A stretch of DNA of 64,000 nucleotides. It comes from the human T2T-CHM13v2.0 reference genome, Homo sapiens. The notes under the pieces are model-generated. The model worked only from the letters and a program-made list of their open reading frames with translations, was not told where the DNA came from and did not search any database. Numbering within the stretch: position 1 is the stretch's first letter; each line of letters opens with the position of its first letter. Positions 30,755 through 45,803 of this stretch are shown in pieces. Made by a program: the position numbers and the translations under genes. The stretch is from NCBI RefSeq assembly GCF_009914755.1, contig NC_060931.1. The stretch is one strand, 5' to 3'.

Positions 30755-31554
30755 CAAGAAGAATGGTGGGAAATAAGGATGGAGAGAATTAAGTTGTGAC
30801 TGCACTGTGAAAGGCCTTGTATGCCATGGCAATATGCTTAACCTTTCTTCTGTAAGTAACAGGAAACTGATGGAAATAAAGGGATGACTGATTTGTGGAA
30901 AGTGAAGCTCTGCAGCAATATAAATAGTGGACTAAAGTGAGGTGAGCGCATCTCAGTTCTGCTAGGAGTTAGATCTAAAGATAAATAAGACATAGTTCTT
31001 GCCTTTAAGTAGCTTAGAGACTGTGAAGGAAAACAAATAAGGAAGCAAACACATATTCTATCCCAGATACTCCTTATAAGCCTGCAGCAATCATCTTGTA
31101 AGAGATGAGGGACTAAGGCAGTCATAGTAGGGATAGAGAAATGAAGGTATTTGGAAGTCATCTCAATGGTATAAACTAATAGAACTTGGAGACCTACTGA
31201 ATATGGGGTGTAGGAGAAGAAGAACTCAAGGATGAATCAAAGACTTTAGCTTATGAGGCTGAAAAATACCATTAACAGAATTGCATGGGGGAAAGTTCGA
31301 GGAACTCTGGTTGAATTTAAGATGGCTGAGGGATAGCCAAGTGGAAGCTTCAGAAAGATTGTTGGAAACATCAGTTGAGAGTCTAGTTATCAGCAAGAGA
31401 AAAGGGAATGAGTAGGCAGACATGTAAAAGAAAAAGATCTGGGTCAGAGTCCCGGACAGCACTAGAACTTGAATACAAAATGTATAGATGGTATCAAGTA
31501 CCAAAAGAATTGTAAACATGAATGAATGTTCAGGAGTTGTTGAGGCATTGATGA

Positions 31555-31857
31555 CTTTTTGTTGTTTTTGGAGACATGTTCTTGCTCTGTCACCCAGGCT
31601 GGAGTGAAGTGGTGTAATCATGGCTCACTGTAGCCTCAAACTCCTGGGCTGAAGTGATCCTGCCACCTCAGTCTCCAGAGTTCCTGGGACTACAGGCGTG
31701 CACCACCATGCCTGGCTAATTTTTATTTTTTTTTTTATTTCGTGCAGATGGGTTCTCGCTGTGTTGCTCAGGCTGGTCTCAACTCATGGCCTCAAGCAAT
31801 CCTCCCATCTCGACCTCCCAAAGCACTGGGATTACAGGCATGAGCCACCATGCCCAA
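31555..31857 (-). mobile_element. AluJ
   Basis: Diverged dimer; TSD CATTGATGACTT / CATTGATGGCTT. Confidence 0.9.
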
Positions 31858-31879
31858 CAACATTGATGGCTTAATCCCT

Positions 31880-32330
31880 TTATTTGAAAAAATGTGTGGT
31901 CTCTTATAAACCCATATTGTCCCCAGGCCAATAAACTGGGGAGTTTATTGGCAGCCTATACTTTTGTGCCTGCTGGCCTCTCTAGGACCCAGCTAAGGGT
32001 AAGGTTATGTAATTTGGTGAACCTGAACACTCACGTCAATAACCAAACCCTTGATCAAATTATTAAACAATTAATCCAGTGAGCACTTAATGATCCGATC
32101 TAATTGGTCAATAGGCTGACCATAATGAAAATCGAAATGCTTCTTTGTCACAAGAATTGGACCAATTCATCATGTCAGTGTTCGTTGAGATAAGCATTCA
32201 CTGTTTCAGTTATTAACAGGCTTCTGGCAAGATTGGCAGTTACTCTGAAGCTAAATGAGTCTGCTTAAATTAACGAGTGCCAGAACTCATTAACATTTTC
32301 AGCCCTCATTGCCTATTCTGGGTGTCACTG
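31880..32330. promoter_or_regulatory. Candidate intestinal enhancer
   Basis: No recognisable repeat; palindromic CDX/HOX13 sites 31927-31952; AGATAAG 32188-32194; partial HNF1-like TTCAGTTATTAAC. Confidence 0.45.
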
Positions 32331-32349
32331 GCAGACTTGAGACATGCGC

Positions 32350-32490
32350 AAGGGAGGGAAAAAGAAGGACGTGAAACAAGGAAAAGAAAGAGAAGATAGG
32401 AGAAAAGGAAGAGAAATGGAGACAGGAAAGAATGAAGAGGAGAATTAAGGAGAGAAGCGAAAACAGAGGATCAGAAAAGGAAAAGATTTA
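32350..32490 (+). repeat. GA-rich low-complexity tract
   Basis: Almost pure purine run. Confidence 0.85.
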
Positions 32491-32577
32491 TCTGAATTTG
32501 TTCCTAAAGGGTAGGATGAAATAGTTCAGCCACCGCAAGAGGAAGGCAGTAATGAAGTGCAGTGGGAAGCAAGACTA

Positions 32578-32876
32578 TTTTTTTTTTTTGAGACAGCATC
32601 TACCCCTGTTGCCTAGGCTGGACTGCCGTGGCATGATCACAGCTCACTGTAGCCTTGACCTCCCCAGCTCAAGCAGTCTTCCTGCCTCAGCCTCCTGAGT
32701 AGATGGGACCACACACAGGTGCGCACCACAACTCCCAGCTAATTTTTAAAAATTTTTTATGGAGACAATATCTCCCTATGTTGCCTAGGCTGGTCTCAAA
32801 CTCCTGGGCTCAATCAATCCTCCTGCCTTGGTCTCTCAAAGTGCTGGGATTATAGATGTGAGCTACTGCACCTGGT
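32578..32876 (-). mobile_element. AluJ
   Basis: Diverged antisense dimer. Confidence 0.9.
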
Positions 32877-32879
32877 TGA

Positions 32880-33310
32880 AAGCAAGAATTTTGATGTCAG
32901 ACAAAGCAAGGCTCTGAGCCCTGGCTCTGTGCACTCTAATTGTGTGACCTTGGACCAGATAACCTCTCTGAGTTTCATTTTCCTCCTCCTGAGAGGTAGT
33001 ATGGTGCAGAGGTAGAGGTCAGTGTTTATGGAGCTGGGCTTAAATCTTGATTCTGCAATATACCAGCTGCATGATCTTGGGCGAATTATTCTTAACCTCT
33101 CTCTGACTCAGTTTCTTCATGTATTAAAGAGGTGATAATAGAATCTGCTTTACGCAGTTGTGACTCTTAAATGAATTAATACTTGTAAATCACATAGCAC
33201 ATTGTGCTTGATAATGTTAGCTATCAACTATAAAATTGAAACAATTAGATTGTAAAATATTTGTGAAAGCTCCTAGCACAGTGCCCGGCCTATGGAAGGT
33301 GCCCATAAAT
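32880..33310 (+). mobile_element. Nested MIR elements
   Basis: TGTGTGACCTTGG..CTCTCTGAG and CTCAGTTTCTTCATG cores. Confidence 0.75.
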
Positions 33311-34127
33311 TGTGAATCCCCTTCCCTTTTCTCAATTTCTCACGTGCCCCAGATGGAGCTGATGGTAGAAGAATGACTGTTCTTTAACTCTTCTTTCCTC
33401 ATCAAGTACATCTGAGCCCACTCGGACCAGGCTATTCTGACCCCCATCTGTGTTTCGGTCTCACTTAGCTCTGGGCCAAACAGAGCACAAGCGAGAGAAG
33501 GGTTATATAATAGGTTGCTTTTTTCCAAAGCATTCTTAGGAGTAATTACAAATGGTCTGATAAGTTCATAGTTAACTTTGCAGCAGCTTCAAAAGCTCAA
33601 GACTTTTTGGACAGTAAACTTGGTATAGCGTGGAACGTTGAATAAAACAGTAACCCAGACGACAGATCTAAGAAGACAGAAATTAAAGTCAATACTGGTA
33701 AAACTCAGTAACTAGAAAACCACTGCAATGTTCATCCCTTGGTGTGTGATTTGAGAGCAGAATGTGGAGTAAAAGAGTGAAGCAAATATTTGTGACCCTT
33801 TTCTTACTAATGGAAGTATACACCTTTACAGCACGCACACACGCACAAACACACTTCCTTTTCACAAAATTCATTAGCTATGTGAAACCAAACTGTATGT
33901 TTTTTTTTAAAAGTCATTCTTTCCATATTTAGCACAATCTTTTCATCCAAAACCTGGGCAGGTATAATAAATCCTAAAGAGACACATCCATGAATGAGTA
34001 TGGAGAAGTGTGCATGGCGATTTTACTCCCACAATGAGGGGAGCACAGAAACCACTCTCTCCACTTCCCCTAGCCTCCACATCACATCTAGTCTCCAGTG
34101 ATTTCCATTTACTTTCTTTTCCAGAAA

Positions 34128-34385
34128 ATGTGATTGACACGTAATAATTGTACATACTTATGGGATACAGCGCAATAGTTCCATATATGTATACAATGTG
34201 TAATGATCAAATCAGGGTAATTAGCATATCCATCGCTTCTCGCCTTTATCATTTTTTTGTACTGGGAATATACAAAATTGTCTCTTCTATCTATTTGAAA
34301 ATATAGAATAAATTATTAACGATAATCACTCTATAATGCTAAAGAACACTAGAACTTATTTCTCCAGTTTAGCTATAATTTTACC
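34128..34385 (-). mobile_element. L1MA 3' end fragment
   Basis: ATACAATGTGTAATGATCAAATCAGGGTAATTAGC. Confidence 0.85.
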
Positions 34386-36529
34386 CTGATCAGAGGACTA
34401 TAAGAAACCATGGTACCTGACAGTTACCCTGTGGTGCCAGCAAATATAGACAATACTAAATGGTTTAAAGGAGTATCTGGAGTCAAACTACCCGAGTAGG
34501 ATCCCCACCTCCACCACTTATTAGGGGTATAAATTGTCCAAATTTCATACCTTCTTCTTGTCTATTTTCCCCCATCTCTAAAACAGAGATTTTCCCTATC
34601 TCTAGTACCTACCTCATACCCTGCTGTGGAGACTAGAGAGATGAGTAAACTCAATAAATGGTTAGCCCAGGCTCTGCCTCATGATAAGCAGTCAAAAAAC
34701 AGTTGCTATTCTTTTCAAATAGTTCAGGAGGAAGCCCAAATACCAGGTGGACCGTGGAGAAAATCTTTTGCCCGTTGGCAACAGATGAACTATTTTCCCA
34801 ATGTGCGGGAGATATTGAGTTAGTCATAAACGCAGCAATGTGTTAATCATGTTGACGTTATCAGGATACGGCTATCTTTTTAAGTGTTTGCTGTGTGCTG
34901 GGTTATCTGTCATGAACTGCTGTCGAGGTCACATGTCAGTTGGCTTGGAACTACTGATAAATGTTATTATTAAGTATCTGCTTCTTCCACATACTATGTG
35001 GAAGCCTGAGCAGCCTAAGGGATGTGAGGCAACCTGACAAATATTTTCTGGAGAGAAACTTCAGGGAGAAGGATTGTTAACACTTACCAAGCTCAAATTA
35101 GGGTGTGGGCAATGGTGGAGCCGTTATGCAGTCGCTCCTACATTTCTGCCACCCAGATGGTCTCTGAAGGATTTAGCTAGGGGAGCATCTCCTCTTTCTT
35201 AAATTTGGCCTCTGCTTCTCACCTGGTGATATCATTCAGGAAGGTCAGCTAGAAGGGGAATAAGGATTTTCATGTATTCAGGGCTGACCTCAGCAGGGCC
35301 CACCAACTTTTACATGACACGGCATTTAGAGATAAGATATAGTTAGTGGGGGGAGAAAAGAAAAAGATCCTTGTTGGGAGTGTGGAAAGAGCCTGCAGGT
35401 GCAGAAAGGGAGAAATTCAGGTGATAGGTAGTGGCACCAGGGCAGATCACTAGTTCCCTGGAGCCAACAGGGTTTTTTTGTTTGTTTGTTTGTTTGTTTT
35501 GTCTAAACAGGTTTAAATTGGTTTTAACTGGAATTGAAGTGATGCTTCAACTTTATACATCAAAAATTCCTCTTGTGCATTTCTCATCATTCTGTACTCC
35601 TTCTTTGTCCTCACCAAATTAATAAGTCAACATGGGAAATTCATTTGCAGGGAAAAGGTCAACGTTGCCTAAAAAAAACCAGGGTGGGGCAGAGCTTGGT
35701 GTCCTTCCATACTCTCCATCCCCTAAAGGTGCTGGGGGGACATCAGTTGGCTTGGGAGGAACTTTGGGGAGTCTGCCTACATCCTTGCCTGATCCCACCT
35801 CTCCCTGTCCAGCCAGGACTCTACCCCTCTGCCCCATGTCCAGGGCTTCAGTCTCACCAGCCCCTATTCCCATCCTAGAGCCTTCATAACAAGACTCTAA
35901 GTCTGAAGCTTAACACCCATTCCCTTCACCTAGATGACTCTATCTACTCTTCCCCTGAGGCCTTGTCTCATTCTCCCTCCCCAACTTTAAATGAGCTCCT
36001 CCTGCATTTATTTTTCACTGCCCCATGCTTTTCCCCTTCTCAGCACTTAACATAATTTAGGTTTGCTTGTTTGTTTTCTTTCTTTATTGCCAGACTCCTG
36101 CACTGAAAGTTCCTGGAGGGCAGGTACCATGTCTATCTTAGTCACTCTTTTATCTTCAGGTGCATGGAAGACTTCAATTAATTTTTGTTGAAAGAATGAA
36201 AGAACTTGGGTTTTGAGACTCTGTGTATCAAGATTACACTTTGTTGGTACCAGTCAGAAAGTCTGGATGAATTTTTTTTTTAATTCTTTTCTCCAATAAG
36301 CAAAGTCTTAGAGGCCCAGAGAGGAGATAATACATTTTTTCCCCGAAACATTTCTCTCAGGGGAAGTCTTAGAAGACTTTGGCCCTAACTATTCTGTGAA
36401 AGATTAATAAAAGACAAAGATGCACTTCACAGACCCACATCAGATATGTTCCTTGACGCACAGACTGAACTGGCCAAGAATGCAATAAGCCCAGCCCCAA
36501 ACCCAAACACCACACACAGTCTATGAGTG

Positions 36530-36702
36530 TTTATTTTTTTTTTAGAGAGGCAGGGTCTTGCTATGTTGCCCAGGCTGGAGTACAGTGGCTATTCACAGGC
36601 TCCATCCAGCACACTACAGCCTTGAACTCCTGGGCTCAAATGACCCTCCTGCCTCAGCCTCCCAAGTAACTGGCACTACAGGTATGTGCCACTGTGCCTA
36701 GC
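36530..36702 (-). mobile_element. FAM monomer
   Basis: CAGTGGCTATTCACAGGC, the antisense 7SL-type segment. Confidence 0.85.
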
Positions 36703-36990
36703 TGATTCTATGAGATTTTAACAGACATGCGGTTTGACAATGCATACTGAGTTTAACTGCACCCACCACCACCACCACACCACACTCCTCCCAGTATAAA
36801 TCAACCGCCAACCTAGATATAAACATGAGGGAAGGAGAAAAATAGCCAAAAAGAAAGGGGAATCTGATATAACACAAAGGACAGGAATGCAGAAGCTGCT
36901 AGCTAAATTTTAACCTAAGTATTTTCAGATGTATAAGGACAGTAGTAGTATTCCTTGGGATTGGAGACAAGACGGCTATCAATCTAGGAA

Positions 36991-37199
36991 CAAGCTTGTG
37001 TGGCTGCATGCGGCCCAGGATGGCTTTGAATGCAGCCCAGCACAAATTCTTAAACTTTCTTAAAACATTATGAAATTTTTTTGCCATTTTTTTTTTAGCT
37101 CACTGGCTATCATTAGTGTTAGTGTATTTTATGTGTGGCCCAAGACCATTCTTCTTCTTCTAATGTGGCCCAGGGAAGCCAAAAGATTGCACATCCCTG
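36991..37199 (-). mobile_element. MER30 (hAT-Charlie non-autonomous element)
   Basis: GCATGCGGCCCAGGATGGCTTTGAATGCAGCCCA..GTGGCCCAGGGAAGCCAAAAGATTG..CCCTG. Confidence 0.9.
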
Positions 37200-38169
37200 A
37201 TCTACAGACAACATTGAGGGTTTGTTGAGGAGCGGGGAAGGGGTTTCTCTCCTAGGTGCCTTGTGTTTTGCTAGTTTGTAGCAAGGCAATGATGGAAGGG
37301 GCACATCAGAGAACATGCACGTGTAGCTGACGTAAGGTAACTGGCTGGAGCCACCAGTTCACCAAGTACCAGGTACACAGCAGGTGCTCAGGACATTTCC
37401 TGAATTGTAAAATCCAATCAATAATTCTCCAGAGCCTGTAGCTATTTTTTCCTCGATCAGTCTGAAGTCCTATTTAGTGTATGTCAAAAGGAACATCACC
37501 CCCTAAAAAATGAACTGCCACCTCCATACTCTGCTTCATACTTTGGCTGAAATTCTTACCTTCATAGTTTGTCTGAAATTGTTCTTTCAGAATAAGCCCA
37601 AGAGCTCCCTACAATCTCCATTAATTTTTTTTAACTCATGTGCATTAGTCCATGAATGCCAATTAGCTCTGGTGAGTTGATAAGACTTCTGCAGCAGAGT
37701 AGGACCCAGAGGGTAGGGTAAGCAGTGAGTAATAGGGAAGTGGGGAAAGACTTCTCATTTCACCCACACTTCAGCCTGATAAGGGAGGGAGGGCAAATAC
37801 TGCCTCCATTTTACAGTTGAGGCAATTGAGGCTCAGAGAGTTAAGTGACTGGGCTGACACCACAGAGATATAGAGTCCTGAAGCCCAGGACAGTGGTATT
37901 TCCATCGTGTTGCCTCCACCTGATACTTGCTTGGTTTGTGCTGAGAATTTCAGAGAAATACTTAGTGATTGTCCATAGCTCAAGAGCACCCAAGAAATGT
38001 TAGTTTCCCCTGAAACCCTTGCAGCTCCTGAGCTCTGAATGGCCACCTGCCAACAAGAGCTAACTGAGAAACAAATGAATATTGTCCAGGCGGGATCGGA
38101 CACAGGATATGATGATTGCCATTAATTTTGTATTAAGTGATTGATATAATAAATTGCATCAATCTGTTA

Positions 38170-38570
38170 AATATTCATCCGGCACATATTTAGTGATCTC
38201 CTACTGTGTGCCAGGCACTGTTCTAGGCCCTAGAGATATAATAGTAAATAAAAGAGTTTAAAAAACCATCTTTGATCTCCTTAAGTTTATATTCCAGTGA
38301 AAGCAGACATCAGGTAAACAAAACAAATAAGTTACATTTACTAATGGCAGATGGAGATAAGCGCTATGGATATAAGTGAAGCGGGAAAGAGGAATGCAGA
38401 GTATGGGGAGGGGAAGATGATGGATGTGATTTTATATTGCATGATCAGTGATGGGTCTTTAATATGGTGATCTTTGAACCAAGTCTGGTGGGAAGTGAAG
38501 GAGTAAGCCACGAGGAGATGTGGGAAGAGTGTTCCAGGCAGAGAAAACAGGAGATACAAAGACTGCACTC
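38170..38570 (-). mobile_element. L2
   Basis: CTACTGTGTGCCAGGCACTGTTCTAGG; GAGTGTTCCAGGCAGAG. Confidence 0.75.
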
Positions 38571-38586
38571 CAAAAAAATTAATGAT

Positions 38587-40681
<2,095 letters not shown>

Positions 40682-41479
40682 AAAAAAATTAGTGACATAT
40701 GTTTAAGAGAATCCTGAGTAAGAAATGTTCAGTTTGGTGGTTCCTATGGATGTAGTTTTTGATGACGAGGGAAAAAATACTTAGTTAACAGATAAGACTA
40801 CAATTTAAACATTTGGCCTATAATTACCAGAGAAGAAATCAATATTTGAGTCTTGGACTATGATTTAAATAGGAAATTATCTTTTTAAATAACATTCATT
40901 AGGAAAAGCTTTAACTTATTAATTAATAATTTACTGACTGAGAAGTGTTGCATAATGTATTGATCAAACCAATTCTTTCATATTTTAGAGGTGTTTGCAT
41001 TCATCCTGCAGTATTACATAGGGCAAAGGTATTGTGAACATACACAGATCTTGTGATATAATTGTTTGTCTCAGTGTATGATGGACACGATTTGGTTCCA
41101 TCCAAACCCCATGGAACTCACCCCAGCAGTCTTCCAACTTGGAGGAGAAATGCATCTGTGAATATTATTTCGCACATCTTGGGTTTCAGTGCAGCTCAAC
41201 AAGGTACAGACACCACTGTGTCTTAATGGCTGGGGGATAGCGACTGCAGGTTTTAAAGATAACCTCAATGCTTGGTCAACTTAGGCTGCCGTAGATTTGG
41301 TCTGCTTACTCTAGACAAGGCCTCCAGTCTCCTTGGTTTAACAAACATTTACTGAGCACCTACTCTGTCTAGCAACTGTGCTGAGTGTTAGGGATACAAC
41401 CAGAGACAAGGCAAAAATGGTGCTTGCTTTTACAGGGCTTCCATCTCCAGGAAAATATAGGCAATAAACAGGTCTATCA

Positions 41480-41865
41480 ATGAACACACGAGAAAAAGCT
41501 GAAGACCGTGATCAGTGAAGCACACAAACGGGGCATGGTGATAGAGAAAAACAGTGGGCACGCAATCTAGCTTGGGAAAATGAGGTAGCACCCCTTTCAG
41601 GAGGTGATTTCAGCAGAGACCCGCAGGTACAAGGACACCACCCAGGCGAGGAGCCAGAAAGAGCAGCCGCAGCAGGTGGAGCGCATGGGCAGAGGGGCGG
41701 TGGTGGGACACGCGACTGTTTGGGATTGAGCGAGGCCACCTAAGCAGATTGCGGTGAGTGAGCGCGGAATGACGTCACTGACCTCCAATCAACTGTCACA
41801 TGAAAATACCAAAAGCGGCAGTGTTCCTTTAGTCATGTGGATCACGCGGATCCAAAATGGTTTTT
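41480..41865. promoter_or_regulatory. Orphan CpG-rich promoter/enhancer-like element
   Basis: About 19 CpG in about 370 bp (hand count); GGGGCGG 41694-41700, TGACGTCA 41770-41777, CCAAT 41785-41789, GTCACATGA 41795-41803, CAAAATGG 41853-41860. Confidence 0.6.
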
Positions 41866-41929
41866 ACAAGAGCTAAGAATGGGGTTTGCCTTTGTCTTAT
41901 GAAGATCATAAGATACTTATGATCACAGA

Positions 41930-42560
41930 TTGCTTAGGGATGTAATTTACACACAATAAAATTGAGGTATTTTATTGTACAGTTCTATGAGTTTTGACAG
42001 TCATATACAGTGTTGCAGTTACCACAACAATCGAGATACAGAATGTTTGCCTCACCCAGAAAAATTCCATTTTGTAGTTGCAAACTCTGTCCTCTGCCCC
42101 CAACTTCTGGCAACCACTGATCTGTTTTCTGTTCCTAGAGCTTTTGCCTTTTCCAAGAATTTCATATAAATGAAATCATATATTACAGAGTGCTTTTTGA
42201 GTCTAACTTCTTTCACTTAGAGATTTATCTATGCCCTGTGTGTATCAGTAGTTTGGGCCTTTTTATTTGCTAACTAATTAATATTTCAGTGTATGGATGT
42301 ATTGTATCAGCCTCCTGTTGAAGGGCACTGGGTTGTTTTTGTTTTTTGACAATGATGAGTAAAGTCAGTATCAGTATTTGTATTGTGTGTGTGTGTGTGT
42401 GTGCATATATTTTTATTTTTCTAGGCTAAATATTTAGGAGTGGGATTGCTGTGTCATATGGTAACATATATTTAACTTTATTTAAAAAGTGCCAAACTGT
42501 TTTCCAAAATGGCTGTATCAATTTGCATTCCCACCATTAATGTATAAAGTTCAGGTTAGC
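41930..42560 (-). mobile_element. Old L1M (MC/MD/ME) 3' fragment
   Basis: CTGGCAACCACTGATCTGTTTTCTGT; GCCAAACTGTTTTCCAAAATGGCTGTA. Confidence 0.8.
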
Positions 42561-42655
42561 ACTGGAACAAATCCAGTTAGCACAAATCTTTTTTGTTTGG
42601 TTTGTTTTAAAGGTAATTAAGATTTCCTTTCTTTTCTGTATCTCTTATTTATTAA

Positions 42656-43280
<625 letters not shown>

Positions 43281-44124
43281 GCTCAGCCACCCCTGAGTCC
43301 TGGCCTGGTTTGCAGTAGGCTTAGGGTGCCAGTAGGCATAGGGTGCCAGCCTGGCAGGTGGTACTTTGGGCTGCTCCAGCCACATGGTTCAGGGTCAGAC
43401 TAAGACAGATGAGTAGTGCAGCCCAGGAGACTGGAATTTGATGGCCCAGGCCCTGCATAAGTACCATAAGTACCTGTAATTGGAGAGCAGATCTTGGCAG
43501 CTTGAGGACTCAGCTATGCTGTTTGGGAGTCTCTAGGGTGACAATTGTGTGGCTTCAAATATACATCTTGAATGCCTGTGCACTGAAATGTCCTATGCTG
43601 GGGAACTAGCTCCTAAACTGTGTATCTGGAGTTGCCATCCAGTTTGAGGTGCCCTACGGATCACATGAACTGGATTATTGCTCAACTTACCCTCCACTTT
43701 ATGCTACATAAATTAGCCTCCCTAGGAGGGTGGAATTTAGTGGATACAATAGACATCAAATTACCATGACATGTCTAAGGGACTAAGTGACATAGTGGTA
43801 TCTGGGTCATATTATCTGAATCACAAATAAGGAAATATGATTTAAAAATGATTTTGAGGGACTCTGTATATTTTATTACAATGTTTATTCACTTACCATT
43901 TTGAGGAAACATTTGAATTTCTAGGACATTGTGGCAATTTTTTGAAAACAAAGAGACAATATTTTAAATTAGCAAGACAGTTCTGGAAAAATCTAAGGTG
44001 TATGCTCGTCCTACAGGACAGATCTAGAGCCACTTGTCCTGCTACCTTTATGGCAATGGTAGGGCTAGAGGAAATACACAAAGCTCTGGGGTAAACTGGA
44101 TTAACCAAACTTATGGTCATTGTT

Positions 44125-44320
44125 AACTGTATAGGCTTTGGAGTCACAGGAACTTGGATCCCAGTCTTGGTTCTGCCCATCTCTACTAGTCGTGTTGGGT
44201 AATTTTCTTTACTTTTAAAGGCTCAGTTTCTTCATGGAAGTTAATGTGGGAATATAATGTGACAAGAGTTGTAGTACTCAGTACAGTGCATGGTAAAAGC
44301 AAGAGCTCACAGTTAATGAT
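44125..44320 (+). mobile_element. MIR
   Basis: GGCTTTGGAGTCA..GGCTCAGTTTCTTCAT. Confidence 0.7.
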
Positions 44321-44370
44321 AGCTATGATAATGATTTTTTTCCTTCTGTAGCTATTACACCCCCTAGTAA

Positions 44371-44548
44371 TTCTGTGAGTTTTGACAGTCATACACAGCG
44401 GTGTAGTTACCACCACAATCAAGATACAGAATGGTTCTATCACCTGGAAAAATTCTATTTTGTAGTTGCAAACTTTCTCCTTCACCCCTAGCTTCTGGCA
44501 ACCACTGATCTGTTTTCTGTCCCTAGAGCTTTTGTCTTTTCCAAGAAT
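44371..44548 (-). repeat. Second copy of the L1M segment at 41983-42160
   Basis: Colinear direct repeat, roughly 85% identical by eye. Confidence 0.85.
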
Positions 44549-44739
44549 CTGTAGATATAGGGAGAAGGGAATATGAAATTTAAAACTAGCTGATTTAGAT
44601 GACAAGGATGCAGAGGATTTCTTTTTTTGGACCACTAAAATCTTTTATATTTTCCACTTGTTCCTCCAGTTTGACAGATAAAGATATTTGGAATGCCATT
44701 ATTGAAATTGCTAGCTTTATTAATTTTCTTTCTGAAGTG

Positions 44740-45130
44740 TGAATTACCACAACTAGTGGTTTAAAACAACACAGATATATTATCTTACAGCTTTGTATGT
44801 AAGAAGTTTGACATAGTTCTCACTAGGCTAAAATCAAGGTGCTGACATGGCTATGTTCCTCTCTGAAGGCTCTAGGGAACAATCTGTTTCCTTCCCCTTT
44901 CCAATTTCTAGAAGCTGCCCACATTTCTTGATTTGTGGTCTTTTCCTTCATCTTCAAGGCCAACCATGGCAGATCACATCCTTCTCATATTGCTTCTCTC
45001 TGACCTACTTTTTTCTGTTTTCTAATTTTAAGAACTCATGTAATTAAATTGGGCTAGCCTAGGTAATCCAAGATAATCTCCTCATCTCGAGGACCTTAAC
45101 CCTAATCACCTCGGAAAGTCCGTTTGCAAT
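44740..45130 (-). mobile_element. MLT1D-like LTR
   Basis: GGCTAAAATCAAGGTG..TTTCTAGAAGCTGCCCACATT. Confidence 0.8.
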
Positions 45131-45392
45131 ATACCATTATATGTATACAGATACATTATCCATACCTATGTATTAATCCAAAAATGAGAATGACACCCAA
45201 GTAACCATAAAAACTGACATTTTTTTAATTCAACAACTCTTATTAGAGAAATCTCAAATAAGAGTGATTTTATTATGTTTTCCATTTAAATAACTCAATC
45301 ATTGAAACACTTAAATAGCCACTTTAAATTATGCTTGAAAGACAAACTAACTGACCACTCCAAACTACATTAAGATAAAAAATTCGTTGTCT

Positions 45393-45635
<243 letters not shown>

Positions 45636-45803
45636 TCATTCACATGTACAACTTCTGCACACATCTCTCACTGTACACATACTTGTGCTATTTTTCAAAA
45701 CTGTGAAAAGAAGAGTGGGCTGTTTCCATGGTGTTGCACTTGAGGAGTCTTGCTCAACTGCAGCTGGAGAGCATAATCCTCCAGTTGATAGAACTGGAGA
45801 AGG

